Of a stretch of DNA of 40,351 nucleotides, positions 8,625-18,785 are shown piece after piece; the stretch's first letter is position 1; each line of letters opens with the position of its first letter. This DNA comes from Gammaproteobacteria bacterium (lineage in GTDB: Bacteria; Pseudomonadota; Gammaproteobacteria; GCA-001735895), in assembly GCA_050298595.1 (NCBI GenBank), contig JBNKUM010000006.1, forward strand, positions 1-40,351. Reading direction: 5' to 3'. The position numbers were made by a program, and so were the translations under genes. The notes below the pieces were generated by a model. It saw only the letters and a list, made by a program, of their open reading frames with translations. It was not told the origin of the DNA and made no database searches.

Positions 8625-8795
8625 TGGTTGAACGATTATTTGTAAGCAGTCAGGAATTTAGAACACTGCTCCAGATGAATGGGATACGGGGTAGCATGAA
8701 CCGAAAAGGAGACTACTGGGACAACGCGGTAGTTGAAAGCTTCTCTGGTACTTTAAAACAGGAGCGGGTGCACTGAAGGAACTATCATAATCGCC
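8625..8795 (+). pseudogene. IS3-family transposase integrase-core fragment
   Basis: SMNRKGDYWDNAVVESFSGTLKQERVH. Confidence 0.85.
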
Positions 8796-8807
8796 AGAGA
8801 ATCAGCC

Positions 8808-8985
8808 TTATGGACTAACATTCCAGAGCAGCAGTACATGGCGAATGTATTGGAAAGGCTCCAGGCCATTGGCCTTGGCCGTCTCGATCAGACTGTAGCA
8901 GGTCGCACTGGCTTTGGCCCCTCTTGAGGTGTCACTAAAGAGCCAGTTCTTACGAACCACCGCAAAGTGTAGTGGTCTAATAGCG
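8808..8985 (-). pseudogene. IS66 TnpC C-terminal fragment
   Basis: AIRP...RKNWLFSDTSRGAKASATCYSLIETAKANGLEP. Confidence 0.9.
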
Positions 8986-9080
8986 CCGGACACTTTAATA
9001 AGAGATAATATTTATCAATTATCAATTATCAATTATCAATTATTAAGGTGTCAGAATGAGTCAGAAACGAACCTATAAAC
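8986..9080 (+). mobile_element. Probable IS3-family left-end remnant with OrfA start
   Basis: ccggacact IR-like sequence, gacactttaata/tattaaggtgtc inverted pair, then MSQKRTYK. Confidence 0.5.
9012..9043. repeat. Heptamer tandem repeat (TTATCAA)x4.5
   Basis: Direct reading: four exact copies plus TTAT. Confidence 0.95.
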
Positions 9081-9200
9081 ATTCCGCCTTGTTCACCCGG
9101 TTTCCTTTCTTCTTCGCAGGCGCGGCCTTGCTCGCCTCAACAAACTTGCGATGGGCACGGTACCCAAAACGCTCCGCGGGGCAGGCTCTCCCAGCAACGA
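9081..9200 (-). pseudogene. Degraded IS66 TnpC internal fragment
   Basis: One frame reads GYRAHRKFVEASKAAPAKKKG, resembling the CWAHARRKFVEA motif. Confidence 0.55.
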
Positions 9201-9550
9201 ATACGGTAAGCCGCTTGTTGTCATGGAATGCTCCTGTGTGATTAAAGACAGGATAAGTATTCTGGAAACCTATCAGGAAAAGCAGATGCTTATTTTGGAA
9301 CGCTAAAGTAGCTTAACTGGGTGTATAAAAATGCTTAACCACGTCAGTAAGCTAGTAAAAAATGTACCATGCCGATCAGAAATTGGTAGGCAGCGTTCAT
9401 TCGGTTTATGATTGAATCTGAAAACCGTTTAGCGGATTATATTTAAACAGGGCAGTTATACAGAATTTTTTACAGTCCCTGAAAATTCCTCTAAAACCCT
9501 GTCACGCTCTTTTATGATTAATTTACACTGAGTAGTTACAATATAACAAT

Positions 9551-11587
9551 CTAGAATGACTTTATCAAATATACACTAGAAAGTTTATCCAACCCTACGT
9601 AAACAGGATCGCCAGCCATTACTTTTACCAGATTAAATATTGAGTCCCATTCTGAATTATCTTTATATTTATTCATCATTTCTCCATCTAGTACAATCCA
9701 AATATTTTTTGTTCGATTCTGATTTATTACCAATTGCAGAGTATCGTCCGTAAAAATTGTATTCTTACCTAACCATCTCTCAGCATCGTTTCCACCTGCG
9801 ACCCTAAGCTGGTAATCGATTTTTGAGGAGTAGACATAATATGCTAAAGCATCCATTGCTATGACAATATCCGATGATGCTAAGTTTTCTTTTACAAATA
9901 ATGCTGGAGTTTTATTATCAGGATAAAAACTATGGAACCTTCCTAAAGTCAGATCAGGAGTTGGGTTATTTCCATATTTTGTATTGATAAGATAATATGT
10001 GGGATATATTGTTTCTCTTATTACCAATAATAGAAAGAGTAGAACCACAGGTAGAATAAGAACTTTACCAATATTATCTAATTTTTTAAATTTCGATTCA
10101 AATATTATCCTAATTAGGTAATCAATTGCTATAGCAGCAAGTATTAAAAAATAAGGATTTAGGAATGCTATATACCTTGGTTTATCTCGATATATAGCAT
10201 ATGGATGAAACCCCAAAATAAAAAAAACTATTCCAAAAAATATTAGGGCTATAAACCCTACGCTATCAATTTGACCATAATCAAGATAACGCTTTATAGC
10301 AATACTCAAAGAAATAAGTGCTAGTAAAAATAAAAAAGTGTACGGAATTATGAAAAACCTGGCAAAACCAAGAGGAAATCCCAGGAGGAAAGAAACTGAA
10401 GCATAAAAGTTTTCAAGGTACGAGCCCTTCAATATGTAAAAACCAATCAATAACCAAAATACTGCCCCTATTAAGATAATTCCTAATATTTTTGATAACT
10501 GTTGCCTATTTATAGGTATGCCGAGTAATCGTGAATATAAAAGATAAAAGAGAGATAAAAGTAAAACCAGCATGAGTTGCTGTAAAACCACTAAAGAAAA
10601 TACAGATATAAAATATAATAAATAGCTTTTTGAATTTATATTACCCCACGGCCAGTAAGTACGCATAAAAATTAAATAACTAAGCATAAATATCAGAATT
10701 ATTTTTGGGTTACTTTTCAATCCTCCAATAAGCAATCCCAAATGTTTTTCTGTAAATGATTCCACTAAAGTTGACTCAGTAATTTTTTCCCATAATCCTT
10801 TAAACTGTTTAACCTTCTCTTCAGCAATACTTTTAGAATTATTTATAGCAGGGGCGTATTCAAAGCTCTTTATTAATGCTTTTTCTTCTTTTATAGCTTG
10901 AGAATAAAAGTGACTAACTACAGAAGTATTTATGTAAAATCCTAAAAATACTACAAAAACTGAAATTATTAGAAAGTAAACAGATTTGCCTTCAGGTCGA
11001 CGATAAAAATAGTAAAAAAGTATGATGGGTATTAAAATTATCGCCAACCTCTGAGTAAAACATGTAATTAATATTGTAATCAGGGTTACAACTTTTAATA
11101 CTCGTCCACGTTCCAGATAAGCCTTGTCTAATAACCAAATGCTTAGCAAGAGAAAGAATGAAAACATACCGTACATTCTTGCTGTCTTGCCCATCATAAT
11201 TTCCCAATCTGAGAACGTGAGTAATAGAGCAGCAATCAAGGCAACTCTAATACCAAATAATCGAGCTGCAAGTAAATATCCAACGAGAATCGTTAATATT
11301 GAAAAAATAATGCTTGGCAACCTTATAATAGACTCAGAGAATCCAAAAGTAGAAACAGCCAGTGAAACCAGGTAAGTAAAAGGAAGCGATCTAGGATAGT
11401 ATGCACCAGAGGGATACAATGGAAGACCTGTTTTCAAAATACCTTGAACGGCATTAGCAACATAATCTTCATTACCAATTAATCCTAAGGTACCGGATTT
11501 GTAGACCCTTAAAAAAACACCTATAAGGATGATAAAAGCAACTAAAAAAAATTGTTGAGTACTTGTAAGGTTTTTTTGATTCAACAT
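9551..11587 (-). CDS. GT-C fold membrane glycosyltransferase (ArnT/PMT_2, family 39-like)
   Basis: Multiple TM helices; N-terminal loop GNEDY; SESIIRLPS; ARMYG motif; C-terminal soluble domain. Confidence 0.8.
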   Translation of the reverse strand: MLNQKNLTSTQQFFLVAFIILIGVFLRVYKSGTLGLIGNEDYVANAVQGILKTGLPLYPSGAYYPRSLPFTYLVSLAVSTFGFSESIIRLPSIIFSILTILVGYLLAARLFGIRVALIAALLLTFSDWEIMMGKTARMYGMFSFFLLLSIWLLDKAYLERGRVLKVVTLITILITCFTQRLAIILIPIILFYYFYRRPEGKSVYFLIISVFVVFLGFYINTSVVSHFYSQAIKEEKALIKSFEYAPAINNSKSIAEEKVKQFKGLWEKITESTLVESFTEKHLGLLIGGLKSNPKIILIFMLSYLIFMRTYWPWGNINSKSYLLYFISVFSLVVLQQLMLVLLLSLFYLLYSRLLGIPINRQQLSKILGIILIGAVFWLLIGFYILKGSYLENFYASVSFLLGFPLGFARFFIIPYTFLFLLALISLSIAIKRYLDYGQIDSVGFIALIFFGIVFFILGFHPYAIYRDKPRYIAFLNPYFLILAAIAIDYLIRIIFESKFKKLDNIGKVLILPVVLLFLLLVIRETIYPTYYLINTKYGNNPTPDLTLGRFHSFYPDNKTPALFVKENLASSDIVIAMDALAYYVYSSKIDYQLRVAGGNDAERWLGKNTIFTDDTLQLVINQNRTKNIWIVLDGEMMNKYKDNSEWDSIFNLVKVMAGDPVYVGLDKLSSVYLIKSF

Positions 11588-11819
11588 TCCAATACTTCCA
11601 ATTACTATTCCAATTAAATTTTTCTAATTACTAATAATGGACAATAAGCTCGCGTATTTAACAATCACTTTTCGAACTAACTATCTTTCAGCTTGAAACC
11701 AATTTTATAAGCATAAATTTAATGTCTGTCTCCAGCGCCAAAATACCTGCAGGCAATTTTTGCTGGCTCATATCCGGTTAGACAATGCTGACATCCTTTG
11801 TCTTAAGAATGGAATTATT

Positions 11820-12445
11820 AAGTCAAATACCTCTGGCAAAGCCGGAGGCTTGTTATTGAGAACCGCTCAAAGCGGACTAATTATTGTGCTACCAAAGGAG
11901 CGCGCTTTAAATACAAATCTAACTGATCTATTCGACGGTCTTCATCTTCTTGATACCGAATATAATTCCTGATTACTTCTTCATCCCTTCCAACTGTCGA
12001 GACCTGGTAACCTCTCGCCCAAAACTTCTGCCCTGTAAAATTCTTTCTTCGTCCCATGTAGTTCCTGGCTGTTGATATAGCGCTTTTTCCTTTTATAAAA
12101 CCGACTACCTGTACCGAATACTTAGGTGGAATCGATATTAAAACGTGGACAAGGCCTGCCATCAAAAGCCCTTCCTCAATTTTACATTCCCTTAGACTGG
12201 CCAAATCCTTTAATACTGATCTAACGCACAGTCTCAACTCTTTATAAAGGCTCTTCTTTCGATACTTGGGTCCAAACCATATGATATTTACAACCCCAAA
12301 CGGTATGACTTGGACTCTCTTGCGTATTCATTGGTTGTTTCCTCATCATTTGAACTTTAGGTGGTTCGCTGATGGGGAGACTTCCGATGAATCCCGGAAC
12401 TGTCGAACATTTATTGTTCACCGGCTGAGCCGGTGGTTTACCTTT
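11820..12445 (-). mobile_element. tnpA: IS200/IS605-family element with inactivated Y1 transposase (11881-12331)
   Basis: SHTVWGCKYHMVW, frameshift, then PKYRKK...HVLISIPPKYS...GFIKGKSAI...FWARGY...IRNYIRYQ; the HUH motif DHVH is altered to GLVH; terminal hairpins cctctggcaaagccggagg and caccggctgagccggtg. Confidence 0.9.
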
Positions 12446-12521
12446 TGTTAATTATTATATTAAAAATATCATATAGTGGGGCCTAAGCAAATACCATCAA
12501 AATTTTAAATGACCGTATCTC

Positions 12522-13571
12522 TCACTGCGCAGTAACCTCCTCAGGTGAGCGGGGTCTGACTGGCAGGTCATCACGAATAACAATATCATCTATCGCCACC
12601 CAACGTTCTTTGCTTGTATCATAACCAGAGCTAGTATCCCAATGATATTTCCCATTACCACCAAAAGAAACGTTATTCCATTTTGCATTCATACTACCAT
12701 TTGCACCTATCCATGGAATTTCTTTCATATCTATTAGTAGCTTATCATCCAGCCAAAACTTTAGAGCACCATCCCGAGTTGAAGGTGACGAATTCAGCGC
12801 AACATAAAATGCCAGTTTGTGCCAAGTTTCACCATACACTTGTTCATGCCATACAGTGCCAGAACTTGGAAGAACTTCATTATTAACTTGATCGATTAAC
12901 CCTGGGTTCAAGTTAGCAACATCGTTAGTGAAATTTGCAGACATATCCCCATTCGATATCGACCTCGGGGCATCAGTAATATTTGGATTTGTACAATAAT
13001 ATGTTGATGCTTGATCATCACATCGGAAAGCGTGCTTCTGACGGACGCCATAATCAGATAAAGACCAGTCAAATAGATAAATTGGTGCGCTATTACCACT
13101 TGAAAAAAATGCAGATCTCGACCCAACACCATCATAACTTAATATGCGAAATAACTTGATCGAACCGTTAGCACGTTCGGCATTGAATCCAGGTTGAAAT
13201 TTCACCTTAAAACTAACATAGACCCGATTAGAAGGGGTAATATCTTTAGACAAGAAACCATCAGAAGTATAAATTCCTGGGCTATCTGTAGTTTCATAAG
13301 TTGCAATTAAGGCTTTTCCGGTGCCTCCATAAACCTGGCTGGTATCTGCCCCACTGATAGAAATTGATGGCAAGCTTTCCGGATAGGTCTCTGGGTGATA
13401 AGTTTCCTCTGTATAACCGTAATCAAATCCAGGTGGCAGAGGTCCAGTTTCTCCAGAACCTAGAGTTTGCCAATCTTGCATATTATCAAAGTTTTCCTCA
13501 AACAGAACCTCAGAGAAAACAGGATTGTTTACCAGGAGTAAAAATATAAATAATTTTATATTTATTCTCAT
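12522..13571 (-). CDS. Secreted beta-jelly-roll protein, polysaccharide-lyase-like
   Basis: Signal peptide; LFEENFD start; YVSFKVKFQPGF, IKLFRI, WHKLAFYVALNS...DGALKFWLDD, IDDIVI; Pro-rich tail. Confidence 0.6.
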   Translation of the reverse strand: MRINIKLFIFLLLVNNPVFSEVLFEENFDNMQDWQTLGSGETGPLPPGFDYGYTEETYHPETYPESLPSISISGADTSQVYGGTGKALIATYETTDSPGIYTSDGFLSKDITPSNRVYVSFKVKFQPGFNAERANGSIKLFRILSYDGVGSRSAFFSSGNSAPIYLFDWSLSDYGVRQKHAFRCDDQASTYYCTNPNITDAPRSISNGDMSANFTNDVANLNPGLIDQVNNEVLPSSGTVWHEQVYGETWHKLAFYVALNSSPSTRDGALKFWLDDKLLIDMKEIPWIGANGSMNAKWNNVSFGGNGKYHWDTSSGYDTSKERWVAIDDIVIRDDLPVRPRSPEEVTAQ

Positions 13572-13729
13572 ATCTTAACCTCTATTAGTATGATGATCAG
13601 AACATCCTCATCTTAATAAACCATATTGATATAAATAATATAGTATATATTAAGGATTCAATGCAGGTAATTTCGCCCTAAGCCAATAATTTCGCATTTT
13701 GGCTCACATCAGAATACAACTACTTTTAG

Positions 13730-14046
13730 CCCGAATTATGCACAAACAAAGGCGAATCTTGTTTAACCTATTGATATAATAGGTTATTACGCAAATAACG
13801 CTTCGGAAGAAGTAAAACAAAGATTCACCATGACATAATTCTACTCCAGAACACCTCCGCTTTCCTCCTATTGATGGCCTGAGCATCCGCGCCGACTTCA
13901 AGGGCGGACCACTTTCCACAGATTTCGGGGCGCTATTGCTTGCGCGGTGTGAACCAAGAGATCGAACTCACCGAACATTTAGCGCCCGCCTTCGACGACT
14001 GACGCCATCCTTCCTATACCGATCACTCGCTACACAATTTGATGGG
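13730..14046 (+). mobile_element. IS1380-family 5' remnant
   Basis: LRFPPIDGLSIRADFKGGPLSTDFGALLL...DD*RHPSYTDHSL with frameshifts and a stop. Confidence 0.8.
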
Positions 14047-14202
14047 TAAGCGGTCATTTAGGCCGTTATTTAGCATTCGTTATTTTGGTGATAATGACTT
14101 AACGATGACGATAATTTCAAGTAAGTCTTTCTCGTCAATGATTTGATAATCATCAAAGGCCTTGAGGTTCGGTTTATACATTGCCAATATTTCATTGATT
14201 TT

Positions 14203-15250
14203 CTTGATTAGCAATGAACGTTGGGCAAGCTCATCTGGTGAGCTACTCGACCGGTAAAATGATCGTCATCAACCACCCCGCGGTGGCGATCATGGCGATG
14301 AATCAAATCCAATTTCAGCAAGGGCTTTCTATGCCGGAATTTCTCAAAGACTACGGAACCGAAACTAAATGCGAGCAGGCGCTTGAGGCTGTACGATGTC
14401 CGAATTGATTTCATTGTCCTCGCTGCGAGGGGTGGCTCATTATGTTCTGCGTGGTGGGACGCGCAAGGTCTTTCAGTGTAATGCCTGCCGTCACCAGGCC
14501 GGGCTGATCGCAGGGACGGTCTTTCAGGGAACAAAGCTACCGCTGACCACCTGATTTCTGGCGATCTAACTGATCACCCAGACCAAGACCGGACTATCGT
14601 CCCTGGCGCTGAAGCGGCAACTGGGCGTTAGCTACCACCCTACGGCCTGGCTGATCCATCACAAGCTGATGCAAGTGATGGCCGATCGGGAGGATCGCTA
14701 TGTCCTTGCAGGCAAAGTTCAGGTGGATGATGCCTAGCTTGGCGGGGAGCGCACTGGCAGCAAGATGGGGCGAGGCTCAGAGAACAAAGATGCCATTCGT
14801 CGCGGCGGTTTCTCTGACCGAGGAAGATCGCCCGCAACGCGTGCGTCTGACACCGGTGACAGGGTTCACGAGTGAGGCCGTTGCGGTGGGCGAAGGTTAA
14901 TGTGGCTTCAGGGAGCGCCGTATTCTCCGATGGACTGACCTGCTTTGCCGCAGTGACCGAGGCCGGTTGCAGCCACCATCCCATCGTGATGGCTGGGCGC
15001 AAGCCCAAGGACGTGCCCGAGTTCAAGCAGATCAACAGAGTCTTCGGCAATCTCAAGACCAGCTTGTCAGGCTGTTACCATGCCTTAAAGTTCAAAAAGT
15101 ACGCATCACGTTACCTTGCTGCGTTCTGTTATCGATTCAACCGCGCTTCGATCTGCGTACGCTTCACCATCGCTTGCTGATCGCAGCTGTGACCTCACCG
15201 CCTCGGACGCTGCGTTCGATTGAAGTGGCTGACGTTCGTTTATAATCAGG
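14203..15250 (+). mobile_element. IS1595-family element, full length but inactivated
   Basis: Imperfect terminal IRs (cttgattagcaatgaacgt / acgttcgtttataatcagg); transposase from 14292 MAMNQIQFQQGLSMPEFL..CPRC, QVDDA, SDGL, GNLKTSLSGCYH, YRFNR, with several stops and frameshifts. Confidence 0.9.
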
Positions 15251-15550
15251 TATTTCTATTACGATTATTAATGTCTTCCCTGGGCGTAATGTCTTTCACT
15301 GCTGACAGCATATGCGGTGGGATTCGCCATTGCTACCCTTCATCGGTGATTACCGTGACGGTCTTTTAATTGTACTTTGTTAAACGACCAAAGCGACGAC
15401 CATCATCTATTTCAAAGCTGACTTTTGCACCTAAATTGAAAGCCATCATGTCAACATGCGCTCATGCCTTTTGCAAAAACTTCAGGCGCTCAACCACTCT
15501 GTGATTCAGGGTGATCAGTTCTTCGATAGTCAGTAGGTCAATATCAATAA
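15251..15550 (-). pseudogene. Decayed conserved hypothetical gene downstream of IS66 tnpC
   Basis: IDIDLLTIEELITLNHRVVERLKFL..*..MMAFNLGAKVSF...KYN*KTVTVITDEG*QWRIPPHML: a single frame with three internal stops. Confidence 0.6.
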
Positions 15551-15607
15551 TTAATGTTTCTCCATCAGGTCGGATCACATGGGACACTGGGCAAGTTTTT
15601 CTTTCCA

Positions 15608-15800
15608 TTACCTTGGGGTTAGTTCGGCAACTTTCGACGCAGGATGATTACTGATTCGTTGCAGGACATCCACCAAATATTCGTAAAAATTCACATTATG
15701 CAGTTTACAGGTCACTAACAGACTCTGGATGATGCCGACATGCTCAGCGCCAATTTCTGTCCAGCAGGATATCCAGTTTTTTCGCCCCATGGGGATTACA
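15608..15800 (-). pseudogene. IS66 TnpC C-terminal fragment
   Basis: MGRKNW..CWTEIGAEHVGIIQSLLVTCKLH...YLVDVLQRI..HPASKVAELTPR. Confidence 0.9.
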
Positions 15801-15845
15801 GGTGTTTAGGTAATTCATGACACATTCGGGTTAGGTATTCAAGCA

Positions 15846-16790
15846 CTAAAAATTGAGATTTTTATCAACCCACTTGATACCAGACTTTGTGACCTGACTT
15901 AGTTCCATATTTGAAACAAATGATAATAAGTGACGCATACAAAACTGCCCGTAAAGATGGATTAAAAAATTATATGCCATCATAGTTTTAAAATAAGGCT
16001 TTTCAAGAATACTTGATTCCAACCCGTAAGAAATAAGAAACTTATCACAAATGCTTGAAAAAGTATTTTTACGCCAATTATTAGTCTGAGAAATTGCCCA
16101 TAAATTACTGTAAAACCTAGCTACATCATCAATATTCGTAGCCCTTCTTGTATCACCAAAATCAAGAATATGAATATTACTATTTGCATCTATTAGCATA
16201 TTATAAATTATGAAGTCACCATGAATTTGACAAAACCTAACGTGATTTTCATTGATGTAGTCGGGATCTTTAAGATTTTCGACCTCGGACATTAATTTTT
16301 TTTCGATACTATTAATCTTGCTTTCTTTCATCAAATGATTAACTCTTATACCTTGAGCCTTAGATGATATAGAACTTTGTAACCAAGCAATCGCAGAATC
16401 AGCATTTTCAGGATAATTTGTAGATTCATGATACAGATTCAGCCAATGACCTAACTCAATAATTCTTGAAGTTAATGTTTCTATATCCTTCAATTTTTTT
16501 CCTCTCAACTTACCAAGTAAAGAGGTTGGATTCCATAATGTATGATAAAGCTGGTCACCATTAATAATTTTCGTTGATAGTGTATTACTAGATTTTTCGT
16601 AGCTATATAATTCGACTGGTAGAACATGTGCAGTTTTTAATGAAAGCTTAGCGCATCGTGCCAATTCATCAGCCTCGTATTCTAAACTAATTTCTTCACT
16701 ACGCTTATTATAAAGCTTAGATGTAACTATACCAATGCTTCGAGGATTTAACTTCTCTTCCATCACTTCTTGAACTTTTAATTTTGACAT
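15846..16790 (-). CDS. Aminoglycoside-phosphotransferase/choline-kinase-like protein
   Basis: IHGDFIIYN catalytic loop and ILDFGD metal-binding motif. Confidence 0.8.
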   Translation of the reverse strand: MSKLKVQEVMEEKLNPRSIGIVTSKLYNKRSEEISLEYEADELARCAKLSLKTAHVLPVELYSYEKSSNTLSTKIINGDQLYHTLWNPTSLLGKLRGKKLKDIETLTSRIIELGHWLNLYHESTNYPENADSAIAWLQSSISSKAQGIRVNHLMKESKINSIEKKLMSEVENLKDPDYINENHVRFCQIHGDFIIYNMLIDANSNIHILDFGDTRRATNIDDVARFYSNLWAISQTNNWRKNTFSSICDKFLISYGLESSILEKPYFKTMMAYNFLIHLYGQFCMRHLLSFVSNMELSQVTKSGIKWVDKNLNF

Positions 16791-16868
16791 GGCTACACAT
16801 TACCAATAAATATTTAAGTTTCTAATCATCTTACGAGAATAGAATCCCGTTAACCTAACAATACATAT

Positions 16869-18266
16869 TCAATTAAATTTTGGTTTTATATTAGAAACAA
16901 CCCATTTAAATTTACCCGACTTGGTCCTTGGTATATTATTAACATAAGAAACACTTATTTTGATATCATTTCCTAATCTGAGTCTCAGGCCTCTTAATAA
17001 TAGAGCCTCATCATCTTTAGTATAAGAATGTTTTTTTACAATCTTAATTTCAATGTTATCTAAATTCTTTTGGATAATCTGCGACTCAACAATATTAATC
17101 ATTGGTTTAAACGGATGAGTCAATACTGAAGGAGATATCCACCGCCCATCAGGTAAAGTGATTATAGATTCATTTTTAGTGGCAACCTCTCCCATTAATG
17201 GAAAGCTGCATCCACATAAACACTTCTCTTCTTTTAAATAACAAGTATCATTAGTTTCATAACGGATTAAAGGAAAGGCAAAATTGTGTAAACTAGTAGC
17301 ATATATTTTACCCTGGATTCCTGCTGATACTGGGCTAAGATTAGAATCCAAAAACTCTGTTATCCCATAATCCATATTTAAATGATGTCCGCAATGTTCT
17401 TTGCACTCACTAGCGTAAATAACTCGTTCTGCCATCCCGTAGAAATCAAATATATTGCAACAAAACGCTTCTTCAATTGCCACACGCTGCCACTCAAACA
17501 ATGTTTCAGAAGAAGTTAAAACAGCTTTTAATGGTAACCGTTGATTAGTTGCAAGAATAAAAGAGGCTAAAGTGTAAACTGTAGAAGGATATCCTTCTAA
17601 ATACATTATTTTCTCACTTTGGAGCTTATTCACATAACTCTGCAGGTATTCTTTCTTTAAATGAAAGGAAGATAAAAATAGTTGTTTATTTATCCAGTTA
17701 TAACGCCAAAAAGGTGGTTTATTTTGCGTGGGTGGGCAAATCACACGTCCTTGCAAAGAAGCATATTTTTCTCCCCACTTCATCCCTGCCCACTCCTTCT
17801 GTCTTCGGTCAGCAACATGATGAACTACGCAGGTATGAATATCATACAATATATTAAGTGGCGTTCCTGTTGTACCACTTGTATGTCCTTTTCGGAAATG
17901 CCTTTCTGTTACAGACGTCGATTTCAGATCGTTAAAATTTTGATTTATATCATCCTTTGTAAGTATCGGAATTTTGTTAAGATCATCTATGCAATTGAAA
18001 TCTGAAACTTTAATTCCATGTTTCTTAAATCTTGAATTATAAAATGGTACAGTTTCATAAGCATGTTGAATCAATTCACGTAACTTTATAAACTGATACT
18101 CTTCGAGCTCTGAATATGTAAGATATTGATTTGAGTTAAACTCCTCATAAACTTTATCAAATTTTTTGCCATATCTCTCGAAATAAAGTTCTAATGCTTT
18201 TATGTTTAACATTAATGATTGAAAAGTTACAGGGCTAAAATTATATATATTTTCTAATAAATTCAT
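16869..18266 (-). CDS. Phenylacetate-CoA-ligase-like adenylate-forming enzyme (CapK-like)
   Basis: TSGTTGTP, YGMAE, FPLIRYETND, RTKSGKFK. Confidence 0.88.
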   Translation of the reverse strand: MNLLENIYNFSPVTFQSLMLNIKALELYFERYGKKFDKVYEEFNSNQYLTYSELEEYQFIKLRELIQHAYETVPFYNSRFKKHGIKVSDFNCIDDLNKIPILTKDDINQNFNDLKSTSVTERHFRKGHTSGTTGTPLNILYDIHTCVVHHVADRRQKEWAGMKWGEKYASLQGRVICPPTQNKPPFWRYNWINKQLFLSSFHLKKEYLQSYVNKLQSEKIMYLEGYPSTVYTLASFILATNQRLPLKAVLTSSETLFEWQRVAIEEAFCCNIFDFYGMAERVIYASECKEHCGHHLNMDYGITEFLDSNLSPVSAGIQGKIYATSLHNFAFPLIRYETNDTCYLKEEKCLCGCSFPLMGEVATKNESIITLPDGRWISPSVLTHPFKPMINIVESQIIQKNLDNIEIKIVKKHSYTKDDEALLLRGLRLRLGNDIKISVSYVNNIPRTKSGKFKWVVSNIKPKFN

Positions 18267-18785
18267 AATACAGTTTACCTATATTTGTTGTTCTATAGCT
18301 TATACTTTCAGTTGAAAATTAAGCTTAAAAAACTTTTTAAACAGTTAACTTCACCACCCACTCAATCCTAAACACCTAGTATAATTATTAGAAATCGTAA
18401 GGTAATGCAAGATACAACCTTCATGTATTTTCCAAAAAAAGCACTATGTACCCCAAAGAATAGTCTCCTCACCACTTTCAGAATATTCTATCGAATCACA
18501 TTTTTTACAAAATTTTACTTCACGAATATCAACATAGACATTCTATATATCCTATCTCTGATGTAGCCCTTATATATGTCAGAACAAATGCAGAATTTAA
18601 TGGCTAGTATTAGCCAGGACAATAACAACTAAGTCGATCAGAGTCGTGCAGAAAGACTAAAACCATTAAACGAATGATTAAGAAAAACGTTGTCGGTTTA
18701 AACGAACATACATCCAATCATATAAATCATCACAAAGCAAAAGATAAAACCTGATTAATTAGTATTAGGACTGTCATAGGTATAT

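Noticed and set aside
13660-13682. sigma54 promoter for the lyase-like gene
   Set aside because: GG-to-GC spacing is 11 rather than the required 10.
14208-15056. Minus-strand ORFs of 108 and 138 aa
   Set aside because: Antisense to the IS1595 transposase remnant.
3832-15800. Intact integrative element or prophage at tRNA-Leu
   Set aside because: No integrase or phage structural genes, and I saw no distal copy of the tRNA 3' end by eye.
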